Made by a program: the position numbers and the translations under genes
Notes under the pieces: generated by a model
What the model was told of the DNA's origin: nothing
The model's input: the letters and a program-made list of their open reading frames with translations, nothing else
The model's database searches: none
From: Paracoccaceae bacterium
GTDB lineage: Bacteria; Pseudomonadota; Alphaproteobacteria; Rhodobacterales; Rhodobacteraceae
DNA length: 64,000 nucleotides
Reading direction: 5' to 3'
NCBI GenBank assembly: GCA_031398695.1
Contig: JANNNU010000127.1
Location: forward strand, 12,011-76,010
Shown here: positions 44,567-53,444 of the stretch, piece after piece
Position numbering within the stretch: position 1 is the first letter of the stretch
Layout of the letters: every line of letters begins with the position of its first letter

Positions 44567-44584
44567 GTGTCATGGCAGGGTCAC
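44567..44584 (+). promoter_or_regulatory. candidate Pho box in the phnW / TIM-barrel-gene divergent region
   Basis: GTGTCAT-GGCA-GGGTCAC: two heptamers with 11-bp phasing (6/7 and 4/7 matches to CTGTCAT), about 45 nt upstream of the ATG at 44628. Confidence 0.3.
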
Positions 44585-44627
44585 GAAAGACCCCTAGCGA
44601 GAGCGCAAATCAAATAGGAGAATTCCG

Positions 44628-45467
44628 ATGTCCCATGACTTGCCTGCATCCCATGACTTGCCTGTAATCGGCGCTGCGCTGAGCGTGGCTGAACTCGGTC
44701 CCTACCGCGACTGGGTGCTGGAAAAGGACCGCGACCTGGAACTGCAGTCGTTTCACACCGCCGAGGTGCTGAACGGCGACTGGGCTCCGCTGGCTGCCGA
44801 GGCGAAGCGGCTGCTCGACGGGTATCGCGGACGGCTGGGGATTCACGGGCCGTTCTGGGGTTTCGCCATCGACAGCATGGACCCCGACGTGCGCGCCGTG
44901 GTGCAAAAGCGGATGACGCAAGGACTGGACGTGTGCGAGGCGGTGGGGGCCACGCAGATGGTCGTCCACTCGCCCTTCACCACCTGGGACTACAACAACC
45001 TCGACATGATGGATGGCCAAAGGGACAAGCTGTTCACCAACGTGCACCTGACGCTGGATGACATCGTGGCGCGGGCGGAGTCGCAGGGCGTCACGCTGGT
45101 GATGGAAAACATCGAGGATATCGACCCGCTGGACCGCAAGCGTCTGGTCGAAAGCTTCGGCTCGACCGCACTGAAGCTGTCGATCGACACCGGTCACGCA
45201 CAGATCGCCCACGGCAGCACGGGTGCGCCGCCGGTCGACTATTTCGTGCGGCTGGCGGGCGAGATGCTGGACCACGTCCACCTGCAGGACGCCGACGGCC
45301 ATGCCGACCGCCATTGGGGGATCGGCGAGGGCAACATCCTGTGGACGTCGGTGTTTCGGGCGCTTGGCGAATTGCCGGTCAAGCCGCGTCTGCTTCTGGA
45401 ACTGCGCGACAAGGCCTTCATCCCGTCGTCGATGGCCTATCTGGCCGCACGTGGGCTGGGCCAATGA
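44628..45467 (+). CDS. sugar phosphate isomerase/epimerase (xylose-isomerase-like TIM barrel) family protein
   Basis: 279 aa. Metal-binding pattern (VHSPF...ENIED...IDTGHA...LELRD). AGGAG lies upstream. Confidence 0.7.
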   Translation: MSHDLPASHDLPVIGAALSVAELGPYRDWVLEKDRDLELQSFHTAEVLNGDWAPLAAEAKRLLDGYRGRLGIHGPFWGFAIDSMDPDVRAVVQKRMTQGLDVCEAVGATQMVVHSPFTTWDYNNLDMMDGQRDKLFTNVHLTLDDIVARAESQGVTLVMENIEDIDPLDRKRLVESFGSTALKLSIDTGHAQIAHGSTGAPPVDYFVRLAGEMLDHVHLQDADGHADRHWGIGEGNILWTSVFRALGELPVKPRLLLELRDKAFIPSSMAYLAARGLGQ

Positions 45468-46270
45468 GCGACTCCGCGACACTTAAGTTTCTGGTGATCA
45501 GCGACCTGCATCTGGTGGCGGATGGGCTGTCGATGGGCCTCGATACCGCCGAGCGGCTGCAGACATGCGTGGCGCAGATCAATGCGCGCTATGCCGACGC
45601 TGATTTCGTCGTGGTCGCCGGCGACCTGGCGGATCTGGGCGAGGAGGCGGCCTATCTGCGGTTGCAGGCGATCCTCGGTGGTCTGACCATTCCGGCTTAC
45701 GTGACCTTGGGCAATCATGATGACCGACCCGTTTACCTGCGGGTGTTCGGGGCCGACAAGGCGGATGACACCGGCAACGTCAACCATGTGATCGACGCCA
45801 AGGGCTACCGGGTGATCGTGCTCGACAGCTCGGAGCCCGGCCGGGTGGACGGCGTGCTCGTGGTGTCGCAGATCGACTGGCTGACCGCCCGGTTGGCCGA
45901 GGCGCAGGATCGCCCGGTGATCGTGGTGCTGCACCACAACGCCAACGCGCTGCACATCGCCGCCGACAAGATCAAGCTGCTGGACGATGCGCCGTTCCTG
46001 GCCGCGCTGAAGACGCACCCCGATGTGCGGCAGGTGATCGCGGGTCATGTCCATCTGACCTCGACCGCCGTCTATCACGGCATTCCGTTCACCACGCTGG
46101 CGGGCGGGCATTATTCGGTGTCGTTCAACGTCGATCAACCCGACCAGTCGTTCAAGGCGCTGACCGGGCCGGGGCAGATGGCAGTGGTGGTCGGTCTGCC
46201 GCAGGTGACCACCGTCCTCTTCGAGGATTTCATCGACGGCAACGCAGTCATCGGCGAATTCACCGACTGA
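45464..46270 (+). CDS. metallophosphoesterase (GpdQ/CpdA-like phosphodiesterase)
   Basis: VISDLHL, GDLADLG, GNHD, VLHH and GHVH form the calcineurin-like motif set. The ATG at 45464 overlaps the upstream stop (ATGA). Confidence 0.75.
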   Translation: MSDSATLKFLVISDLHLVADGLSMGLDTAERLQTCVAQINARYADADFVVVAGDLADLGEEAAYLRLQAILGGLTIPAYVTLGNHDDRPVYLRVFGADKADDTGNVNHVIDAKGYRVIVLDSSEPGRVDGVLVVSQIDWLTARLAEAQDRPVIVVLHHNANALHIAADKIKLLDDAPFLAALKTHPDVRQVIAGHVHLTSTAVYHGIPFTTLAGGHYSVSFNVDQPDQSFKALTGPGQMAVVVGLPQVTTVLFEDFIDGNAVIGEFTD

Positions 46271-46373
46271 ATTTGCGGCAAACCCGGCAACAATGGCGAC
46301 GCCCCACCCTGCGGCGGGCGCGTTGTTATGGGCGGCCTCATTTTCCAAAGGCTTTTGAAGGCCTTGCGAAACT

Positions 46374-46435
46374 CCGTCACAGTTCGTTCATACTGCAGAA
46401 TCCGAAACGTCATCCAACTGTTGAATGACTGTCAA
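46374..46435 (+). promoter_or_regulatory. candidate Pho boxes upstream of ugpB: heptamers phased every 11 bp
   Basis: CCGTCAC (46374), CGTTCAT (46385), ACGTCAT (46407), CTGTTGA (46418) and CTGTCAA (46429) are all in one 11-bp register. A possible -10 ACTATC lies at 46444-46449. Confidence 0.4.
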
Positions 46436-46497
46436 CCAAGCCGACTATCCGGGCCATGGGCTCGCACCACCTGCGAGGGCACCAACGGGAGATTGAC

Positions 46498-47844
46498 ATG
46501 AACCGGACGATGACAAGCGTCGCAGCCTTGGGCGTCGCAGCCTTGGGCGCAGCCCTGCTGGGCAGCGCAGCCGCCGCGCAGGCAACGAAGTTCGAATACT
46601 GGTATGGCCTGTCGGGCGATCTGGGCGAAGTGGTGCAGGCGACCTGCACCCGCTTCAACGAAAGCCAGGATCAGTACGAAGCCGTTTGCGTCGGCCAGGA
46701 CAGCTATGACGCCGCCGTGCAGAACACCATCGCCGCCTTCCGCGCCGGTCAGCACCCGACGCTGGTGCAGTCGTTCGACGCCGGCACCGCAGATCTGATG
46801 CTGTCGGGCGAATTCTACCCGGTCCAGCAGATGATGAAGGATTTCGATATCGAGATCGACTGGTCGAACTACTTCCCCGGCATCGCCAACTACTACGCCG
46901 CCTCGACCGGCGAGCTGTTCTCGATGCCGTTCAACTCATCGACCCCGATGTACTACTACAACGTCGACCAGCTGACCGCCGCCGGGATCACCACCGCGCC
47001 CGACACGTGGGAGCAGATGGAAGAGGCGTTCAACGCGCTGAAGGCCAACGGCTCGGCCTGCCCGATGGCCTATGCGCCGGGGGTCTGGATCGACATGGAA
47101 CAGTTTTCGATGGTCCACAACGTTCCGGTCGCGAGCAACGACAATGGCTATGCCGGGCTGGACACCGAGGTGCTGTTCAACAGCCCGCTGCACGTCAAGC
47201 ATATGGAAAACATCAAGCGCTGGCTGGACGAGGGACTGCTGCAGCTGCGCACCACCCAGTCGGGCGTGCCGGCGCGTGATGCCTTCCTGTCGGGCGAATG
47301 CGCGATCTTCTTCTCGTCGATCGCCGACCACGCCACCGTGGGCAAGCTGGCCACTGAAGGCTTAAACTGGGAAGTCGCGATGATCCCGCATTATGCCGAC
47401 TATCCGCGCCACAACACGGTTGTGGGTGGGGCGTCGAACTGGGTTCTGTCGGGCAAGACCGAAGAGGAATACCGCGCGGCGGCCGCCTACCTCGCCTTCC
47501 TCGCCACGCCCGAAGAAGAAGAATTCTTCGTGTCGAACACCGGCTACATCCCGGTGACCAAGGGCGGCTATGATGCTCTGCTGGCCAAGGGGTTCTACGA
47601 CGCCGCTCCCTACAAGAACCGCGATCTCGCGCTGAAGTCGCTGAACTTCACGCCGCCGACCAACCTGACCCGTGGCATCCGTCTGGGTGGCATGATCCAG
47701 ATCCGGTCGGAGTGGGTCAACGAGGTCGACGCGGCCCTTGCCGGCCAGAAGACCATGAAGGAAGCGCTCGACACCGCAGCCGAACGGTCGAACGCGATCC
47801 TCGCACGCTTTGCCAAGACCTACGAAGGCAAGACGTTCCCGTAA
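46498..47844 (+). CDS. ugpB: sn-glycerol-3-phosphate ABC transporter substrate-binding protein
   Basis: Signal peptide MNRTMTSVAALGVAALGAALLGSAAAAQA. Blocks PFNSSTPMYYYN, GYIPVTKGGYD and GIRLGGMIQIR align with E. coli UgpB as I recall it. ATG at 46498 with GGGAG upstream. Confidence 0.85.
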   Translation: MNRTMTSVAALGVAALGAALLGSAAAAQATKFEYWYGLSGDLGEVVQATCTRFNESQDQYEAVCVGQDSYDAAVQNTIAAFRAGQHPTLVQSFDAGTADLMLSGEFYPVQQMMKDFDIEIDWSNYFPGIANYYAASTGELFSMPFNSSTPMYYYNVDQLTAAGITTAPDTWEQMEEAFNALKANGSACPMAYAPGVWIDMEQFSMVHNVPVASNDNGYAGLDTEVLFNSPLHVKHMENIKRWLDEGLLQLRTTQSGVPARDAFLSGECAIFFSSIADHATVGKLATEGLNWEVAMIPHYADYPRHNTVVGGASNWVLSGKTEEEYRAAAAYLAFLATPEEEEFFVSNTGYIPVTKGGYDALLAKGFYDAAPYKNRDLALKSLNFTPPTNLTRGIRLGGMIQIRSEWVNEVDAALAGQKTMKEALDTAAERSNAILARFAKTYEGKTFP

Positions 47845-47859
47845 GGTTTGATCCAAGAA

Positions 47860-47897
47860 CCGGGCGGCGGCTATTGGTCGCCGCCCGGTGATTTTCT
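47860..47897 (+). terminator. hairpin + T-rich tail between ugpB and ugpA (intra-operon attenuator)
   Basis: Perfect 10-bp stem CCGGGCGGCG/CGCCGCCCGG (47860-47869/47879-47888) with a 9-nt loop, followed by TGATTTTCT. Confidence 0.5.
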
Positions 47898-47915
47898 GCG
47901 ACCGGGGGTCACGAC

Positions 47916-48797
47916 ATGCGCCGCGCCTATTTCAACAACAACTGGGTCGCAGCGCTGATGGTCGCCCCGCAGCTGATCATCATCTTCGTCTTCTTCTACT
48001 GGCCGACCAGCCAAGCGGTCTATTGGGCGTTCACGCTGGAACAGCCCTGGGGCGGCGGCAACACCTGGGTCGGGTTCGACAATTTCCGCGCCGTTTTGGG
48101 CGATCCGGTCTATTGGCAGTCCGTTCGGGTGTCGATCATCTTTGCGCTGTCCTCGACGGCGATCGCGATGGCGATGGCGCTGGTGCTGGCCGTGTTCGCC
48201 GACCGGCAACTGACCGGCTTCAAGGCCTATCGGATCGGCATGATCTGGCCCTATGCGGTGGCGGCCCCGGCGGTGGGTCTGGCGTTCCGGTTCGTGTTCA
48301 ACCCCAATGCGGGTCTTTTTTCCTACATCAATTCGGTCGTGCCCGATCTGTGGAATCCGACGCTGAACGGCAATCAGGCGCTGCTGATGGTCATCATCGC
48401 GGGCGCATGGAAGCTGGTGTCCTATAACTTCATCTTCTTCCTCGCGGCGCTGCAATCCATTCCCCGGTCCCTGCTGGAGGCCAGCGCGATGGACGGCGCG
48501 CGCGTGCTGCGGCGGATGCGCGATGTGCAACTGCCACTGATGGCGCCGACGTTCTTTTTCATTCTGGTGATCAACATCACCGACAGCTTCACCGACAGCT
48601 TCGGCATCGTCGACACGCTGACCAATGGCGGGCCGGCGCGGGCGACCGACCTGATGGTCTACAAGATCTATTCCGACGGCTTTCGCGGCTTCGATTACTC
48701 TGGCGCGGCCACCCAGTCGATCATCCTGATGCTGTTGGTGATCGCGCTGACGTTTGTCCAGTTCCGCTATGTCGAGCGGCGCGTGCATTACACCTGA
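47916..48797 (+). CDS. ugpA: sn-glycerol-3-phosphate ABC transporter permease
   Basis: 293 aa, six TM segments, EAA loop LLEASAMDGARVLRRMRDVQLPLMAP. Confidence 0.85.
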   Translation: MRRAYFNNNWVAALMVAPQLIIIFVFFYWPTSQAVYWAFTLEQPWGGGNTWVGFDNFRAVLGDPVYWQSVRVSIIFALSSTAIAMAMALVLAVFADRQLTGFKAYRIGMIWPYAVAAPAVGLAFRFVFNPNAGLFSYINSVVPDLWNPTLNGNQALLMVIIAGAWKLVSYNFIFFLAALQSIPRSLLEASAMDGARVLRRMRDVQLPLMAPTFFFILVINITDSFTDSFGIVDTLTNGGPARATDLMVYKIYSDGFRGFDYSGAATQSIILMLLVIALTFVQFRYVERRVHYT

Positions 48798-48807
48798 GGG
48801 CAAAGAG

Positions 48808-49737
48808 ATGATCGAACGCACCCCCGCCCTGAACATCGCGACCCATGCGATCCTGCTGTTCGGTCTTTTGCTGCTGCTGATCCCGATGTGGATCATCTTC
48901 GTCGCGGCCACCCACGACCTGCAAACCGTCAACACCGCGCCGATCGAGTTTTTGCCGGGCGACCAGTTGCTGGTGAATATCGCCGAGGCATGGGCGCGGT
49001 CGGACTTCGCGACAAAGTTCCTCAACACATTCATCGTGGCTTTCGGCGTCGTGCTGGGCAAGATCACGCTGGCGGCGATGACCGCCTTTGGCATCGTGTT
49101 CTTCAACCACCGCCTGCGGATGCCGATCTTCTGGCTGGTGTTCATCACCCTGATGCTGCCGCTCGAGGTGCGAATCGTGCCGACCTACGCGGTGGCGGCC
49201 AACGCGCTGACGCCGTTTCAGACAATTCTCGATGTGACGGGCATCAGCTGGCTGATCCAGCAAGTGTCAGGGGTCGAGGTCGCGCTGGAATGGAACCTTC
49301 TGAATTCCTACACCGGCCTGATCCTGCCGCTGGTCGCCACGGCCACCGGCACCTTCCTCTATCGCCAGTTCTTCCTGACGATCCCGGATGAACTGGTCGA
49401 GGCCGCCAAGATGGACGGCGCCGGTCCCTTGCGGTTTTTGTGGCAGATCCTGATCCCGCTGTCGCGCACCAACATCGCGGCACTTGCGACGATCATGTTC
49501 GTCTATTCGTGGAACCAGTATCTGTGGCCGCTGCTGGTGATCACGGACCGTGCGAACTACGGAATGGTCGTGGTCGAACTGTCGAACCTGATCCCCGATG
49601 CAATCACCACGGGCGGCGGCGTGCCGACCTGGCATCTGGCGATGGCCGCGAACCTTCTGGTGATGATCCCGCCGATCCTCGTCGTCATCTTCATGCAGCG
49701 CTGGTTCGTGCGCGGTCTGATCAACACCGATAAATAG
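48808..49737 (+). CDS. ugpE: sn-glycerol-3-phosphate ABC transporter permease
   Basis: MIERTPALNIATHAILLFGLLLLLIPMW... with EAA loop LVEAAKMDGAGPLRFLWQILIPLSR. ATG at 48808; the track ORF starts at an upstream TTG. Confidence 0.85.
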   Translation: MIERTPALNIATHAILLFGLLLLLIPMWIIFVAATHDLQTVNTAPIEFLPGDQLLVNIAEAWARSDFATKFLNTFIVAFGVVLGKITLAAMTAFGIVFFNHRLRMPIFWLVFITLMLPLEVRIVPTYAVAANALTPFQTILDVTGISWLIQQVSGVEVALEWNLLNSYTGLILPLVATATGTFLYRQFFLTIPDELVEAAKMDGAGPLRFLWQILIPLSRTNIAALATIMFVYSWNQYLWPLLVITDRANYGMVVVELSNLIPDAITTGGGVPTWHLAMAANLLVMIPPILVVIFMQRWFVRGLINTDK

Positions 49738-49746
49738 GAGCCTGCC

Positions 49747-50856
49747 ATGGCCAAGATTTCCATCCGCGACGTGCGCAAGTCCTATGGCAAGGATCAGGTG
49801 GTGCACGGCGTCAACCTCGAGATTGCCAACGGCGAATTCATCGTGATCCTCGGCCCGTCGGGATGCGGCAAGTCCACCCTGCTGCGGATGATCGCCGGGC
49901 TGGAATCGATCACCGCAGGCCAGATCGCGATTGCCGATACGGTCGTGAACGATCTGGAACCGCGCGAGCGGGGCTGTGCCATGGTGTTCCAGAACTACGC
50001 ACTTTATCCGCACATGACCGTGGCCGAAAACATCGGCTATGCGCTGAAGGTCGCGGGCGTGGCAAAGAAGGAACGGCTGGCCCGCGTGGCCAACGTCGCG
50101 TCCTCGGTAGGGTTGGGCGATTATCTCGACCGCCGCCCGGGCCAGTTGTCGGGCGGCCAGCGCCAGCGCGTCGCCATGGCGCGCGCCATCATCCGCGAAC
50201 CGCGCGTGTTCCTGTTCGATGAACCGCTGTCGAACCTTGATGCCAAGCTTCGGGTCCAGATGCGCCACGAAATCCGCCGGATTCACAACCGGATCGCGGC
50301 CACGTCGGTGTTCGTCACGCACGACCAGCAGGAAGGCATGACGCTGGCAGACCGGCTGGTGGTGATGAACAAGGGCGTGATCGAACAGGTCGGCACCCCG
50401 TCCGAGATCTACGACCACCCGGCGTCCACCTATGTCGGCGGCTTCATCGGCTCGCCTGCGATGAACTTCCTGTCGGGGCAGGTCGACCGGGGCACATCTT
50501 CGGTCAAACTCGCCAGCGGCGACCGGATCGCGATCGCCCCTGCGGTGGCGGGCCGCCACCACGGTCGGTTGGTGCAGATCGGCGTGCGACCCGAAGCGAT
50601 GATGATGGTGCCGGCTGGCGAAGGGACGCTGGACGCCCGCTTCGAATTCGTCGAGGAGCTGGGCGCAGGCCGCCTCTATCACCTGATGTTCGAAGACCTG
50701 ACGCTCGCCGTGCTGGCCGGCGACCGCCAAACCCTGACGCCCGGCACCCCGGTGGGCTTGCATATCCCGGCCGCCGCCGTTCATCTGTTCGATGCCGATA
50801 CCGGCAAACGAGTCGAGGCGGTCTCCTTGGCCATCGTGGAACAGGTTCCGGCCTGA
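49747..50856 (+). CDS. ugpC: sn-glycerol-3-phosphate ABC transporter ATP-binding protein
   Basis: Walker [18 protein letters not shown] and LFDEPLS, plus a C-terminal regulatory domain. AGGAG lies upstream. Confidence 0.85.
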   Translation: MAKISIRDVRKSYGKDQVVHGVNLEIANGEFIVILGPSGCGKSTLLRMIAGLESITAGQIAIADTVVNDLEPRERGCAMVFQNYALYPHMTVAENIGYALKVAGVAKKERLARVANVASSVGLGDYLDRRPGQLSGGQRQRVAMARAIIREPRVFLFDEPLSNLDAKLRVQMRHEIRRIHNRIAATSVFVTHDQQEGMTLADRLVVMNKGVIEQVGTPSEIYDHPASTYVGGFIGSPAMNFLSGQVDRGTSSVKLASGDRIAIAPAVAGRHHGRLVQIGVRPEAMMMVPAGEGTLDARFEFVEELGAGRLYHLMFEDLTLAVLAGDRQTLTPGTPVGLHIPAAAVHLFDADTGKRVEAVSLAIVEQVPA

Positions 50857-50857
50857 C

Positions 50858-51745
50858 TTGCCCTTGACACCAAACCTGCGGGCCACCGGTCTGATGATCG
50901 GGGCCTTCGTGATCTTTTCCGCGATGGCGATCCTCGCCCGGTCGATCAGCGACGCAATCCCCGTCATCCAGATGGTGCTGGTCCGTCAGGCGCTGTCGAT
51001 GGTACTGCTGGCCCCGCTGTTCTGGCGGCAACGCCAAGACATCGCCAGACCCCGCCGTCTGGGACTGCACGCCCTGCGCGGCGCGACGATGGTCGGCGGC
51101 ATGGTCTGCGGGCTGTCGTCGGTGATCCTGATCCCGTTGGCCGATGCGACGGCGATCCAGATGGCCGAGGTGATCCTGGCCACCGCGCTGGCTGCCCTGA
51201 TCCTTCGCGAACCGGTCGGCTGGCGGCGCTGGACGGCGACCTTCGTCGGCTTCGTCGGGGTAGCGATCATGGTGCGCCCGTTCGGCGCGGGCGTCGATCC
51301 CTATGCCTGGGTGGCATTGTTGGGGGCCGTCTTTGGCGCGGTCAACATGGTGATTCTGCGCTTGGGGGCGGACAGCGACCGGATCGAGACTGTGCTGTTC
51401 TGGCAGAACATGGTGGTGCTGGCGCTGGTCACCCCGGTCGCGCTGTGGGTCTGGGTCACGCCGACCCTGTTTCAGGCAGCCATTCTGGCGGTGATGGCCG
51501 TGACCTTCACGCTGGGCATGTGGCTGATGACCTCGGCCCTGCGTCTGGGCGAAACCTCGGCGCTGGCCCCGTTGCACTATCTGCGGCTTTTGATGATGGC
51601 CGTGGCGGGCTGGTTCATCTATGCCGAGGTGCCCAGCCTTGCCACGGTGCTTGGCGCGGTTCTGGTGCTGGGCGCTGCGACCTACACGATCAGCCGCAAC
51701 GCCGCGCGCAAGGTGCCGCAATCCCCCGCGACTACCCTGCCCTGA
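50858..51745 (+). CDS. EamA/DMT family transporter
   Basis: Ten-helix hydrophobic ORF with two EamA-like halves. The start is uncertain: TTG at 50858 or 50864, or ATG at 50894. The track start at 50792 overlaps ugpC. Confidence 0.65.
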   Translation: MPLTPNLRATGLMIGAFVIFSAMAILARSISDAIPVIQMVLVRQALSMVLLAPLFWRQRQDIARPRRLGLHALRGATMVGGMVCGLSSVILIPLADATAIQMAEVILATALAALILREPVGWRRWTATFVGFVGVAIMVRPFGAGVDPYAWVALLGAVFGAVNMVILRLGADSDRIETVLFWQNMVVLALVTPVALWVWVTPTLFQAAILAVMAVTFTLGMWLMTSALRLGETSALAPLHYLRLLMMAVAGWFIYAEVPSLATVLGAVLVLGAATYTISRNAARKVPQSPATTLP

Positions 51746-51760
51746 CCGCCAATCCTAACG

Positions 51761-52591
51761 TCAGACCGCGCGCAACCCCAGCAAGGCCCGCGCCTGCGCC
51801 GGGGTCGCCACCGGGCGACCATATCTCTCGCAGACCTGCGCCGTCCGCGCGACCAGCGCCGCATTCGACGGGGCAAGCGTGTCGCGGTCCAGCCGCACGT
51901 TGTCCTCCAGCCCCGTGCGCGCATGGCCGCCCGAGGAGATTGCCCAGTCGTTCAGCACCGCTTGGCTCGGCCCGATGCCCGCCGCACACCACGGTGCGCC
52001 GGGAAACAGCCGGTTGACCGTCTTGATGTAGAAGTCGAACACCTCGCGGTCGGCGGGCATCGCGTTCTTGACCCCCATCACGAACTGCACATAGGGCAAG
52101 TCCTGGATCTGCCCCGCCTTGTGCATCGCCGCCGCCTTGAAGATGTGCGACAGATCAAACGCCTCCACCTCGGGTTTCACGTCATGCGCCAGCATTTCGG
52201 CCGCCAGCCAGTCCACCAGATCCGGCGGGTTTTCATAGACGCGCGTCGGAAAGTTGTTCGACCCCACCGACAGGCTCGCCATATCGGGCCTGAGCGGCAG
52301 CATCCCCCCTCGCGCCTGCCCGGCCCCCGACCGACCGCCCGTCGAGAACTGGATGATCATCCCGGGGCAGTGCTGCCGCACCCCTTCTTGCAGCCGCGCA
52401 AACTTTTCGGGGTCCGACGAGGGCGTCTGGTCGGCGTTGCGCACATGGGCGTGCACGATCGTAGCGCCCGCTTCAAATGCGGCATGGGTGCTCTCCACCT
52501 GCTCGGCGACCGAGATCGGCACGGCGGGATTGATTTCCTTGGTGGGCAGCGACCCCGTGATGGCCACGCAGATGATGCAGGGGTCGCTCAT
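51761..52591 (-). CDS. beta-keto acid cleavage enzyme (BKACE, 3-keto-5-aminohexanoate cleavage enzyme family, DUF849)
   Basis: MSDPCIICVAITGSLPTKEINPAVPISVAEQVESTHAAFEAGATIVHAHVR...GHARTGLEDN is the characteristic BKACE TIM-barrel sequence. Confidence 0.8.
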   Translation of the reverse strand: MSDPCIICVAITGSLPTKEINPAVPISVAEQVESTHAAFEAGATIVHAHVRNADQTPSSDPEKFARLQEGVRQHCPGMIIQFSTGGRSGAGQARGGMLPLRPDMASLSVGSNNFPTRVYENPPDLVDWLAAEMLAHDVKPEVEAFDLSHIFKAAAMHKAGQIQDLPYVQFVMGVKNAMPADREVFDFYIKTVNRLFPGAPWCAAGIGPSQAVLNDWAISSGGHARTGLEDNVRLDRDTLAPSNAALVARTAQVCERYGRPVATPAQARALLGLRAV

Positions 52592-53439
52592 TTCGCCGGC
52601 GCCAGCACGAAGTCATGGTCCACGTGATAGGTCGTGCCCGCATCCGTCACGGTGGGCTGGAACTTTGCCATCAGGCTGGCCTTGACGCCAAAGACCGCGT
52701 CCGAGGCGATGTAGGGATCATCGGGATCGAAGATGTGGGTCACCAACGTCTCGAAACCGGGGGCCGAGATGATGTAATGCAGGTGCGCGGGTCGGTACGG
52801 GTGCCGGCCCAACGCGTGCAGCAGTTGTCCGACAGGGCCGTCATCCGGGATCGGATAGAACTTGGGCTTCACCCCCTTGAACCAGTATTCCCCGGCGTCG
52901 TTGGTGCGAAACACCCCGCGCAGGTTGAAGTCCGGCTGCAGACCCTTTTGCTGCACGTCATAGAAACCCTCGTCATTGGCCTGCCACACGTCGATCTTCG
53001 CCCCCGCAATCGGCGCGCCGTCGGTGCCGAGGATCCGGCCGCGCACCGTCATTGGCTCGCCCTTCTGGTCAAGACAGATGTCGGCGCCCAGTGGCAATTC
53101 CGGCGCGTCTGCCACGTGGAACGGCCCCAGCACCGTGCTTTCCGACGCCCCCGACGGTTTGCGGTTGTTGATCGCGTCGACCAGCATCGACACGCCCAGC
53201 ACGTCCGACAACAGGATGAACTCCTGCCGCCAGTCGGTGCAGGTATGCCCGGTGCGCGTCAGGAACTGGATCGCGGCCATCCATTCGTCGGTCGTCGGCT
53301 CGATCTCCTTGACGGCCGCGTGCAGATGGCGGGTGATGACGGCCATCACCGCGGCCAATCGCGCGTCCTGTGCTGCGGCGTTGCGGCTGACGACGACCTC
53401 GGCCGAGGTGCTTTCGGTAAAGTAGCCTTGTTCGGTCAT
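52588..53439 (-). CDS. intradiol ring-cleavage dioxygenase (hydroxyquinol/catechol 1,2-dioxygenase family)
   Basis: LGPFHV...IDVWQANDEGFYD...NLRGVFRT...RPAHLHYII are intradiol dioxygenase Fe(III) ligand motifs. ATG at 53439. Confidence 0.8.
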   Translation of the reverse strand: MTEQGYFTESTSAEVVVSRNAAAQDARLAAVMAVITRHLHAAVKEIEPTTDEWMAAIQFLTRTGHTCTDWRQEFILLSDVLGVSMLVDAINNRKPSGASESTVLGPFHVADAPELPLGADICLDQKGEPMTVRGRILGTDGAPIAGAKIDVWQANDEGFYDVQQKGLQPDFNLRGVFRTNDAGEYWFKGVKPKFYPIPDDGPVGQLLHALGRHPYRPAHLHYIISAPGFETLVTHIFDPDDPYIASDAVFGVKASLMAKFQPTVTDAGTTYHVDHDFVLAPAK

Positions 53440-53444
53440 GGGGG

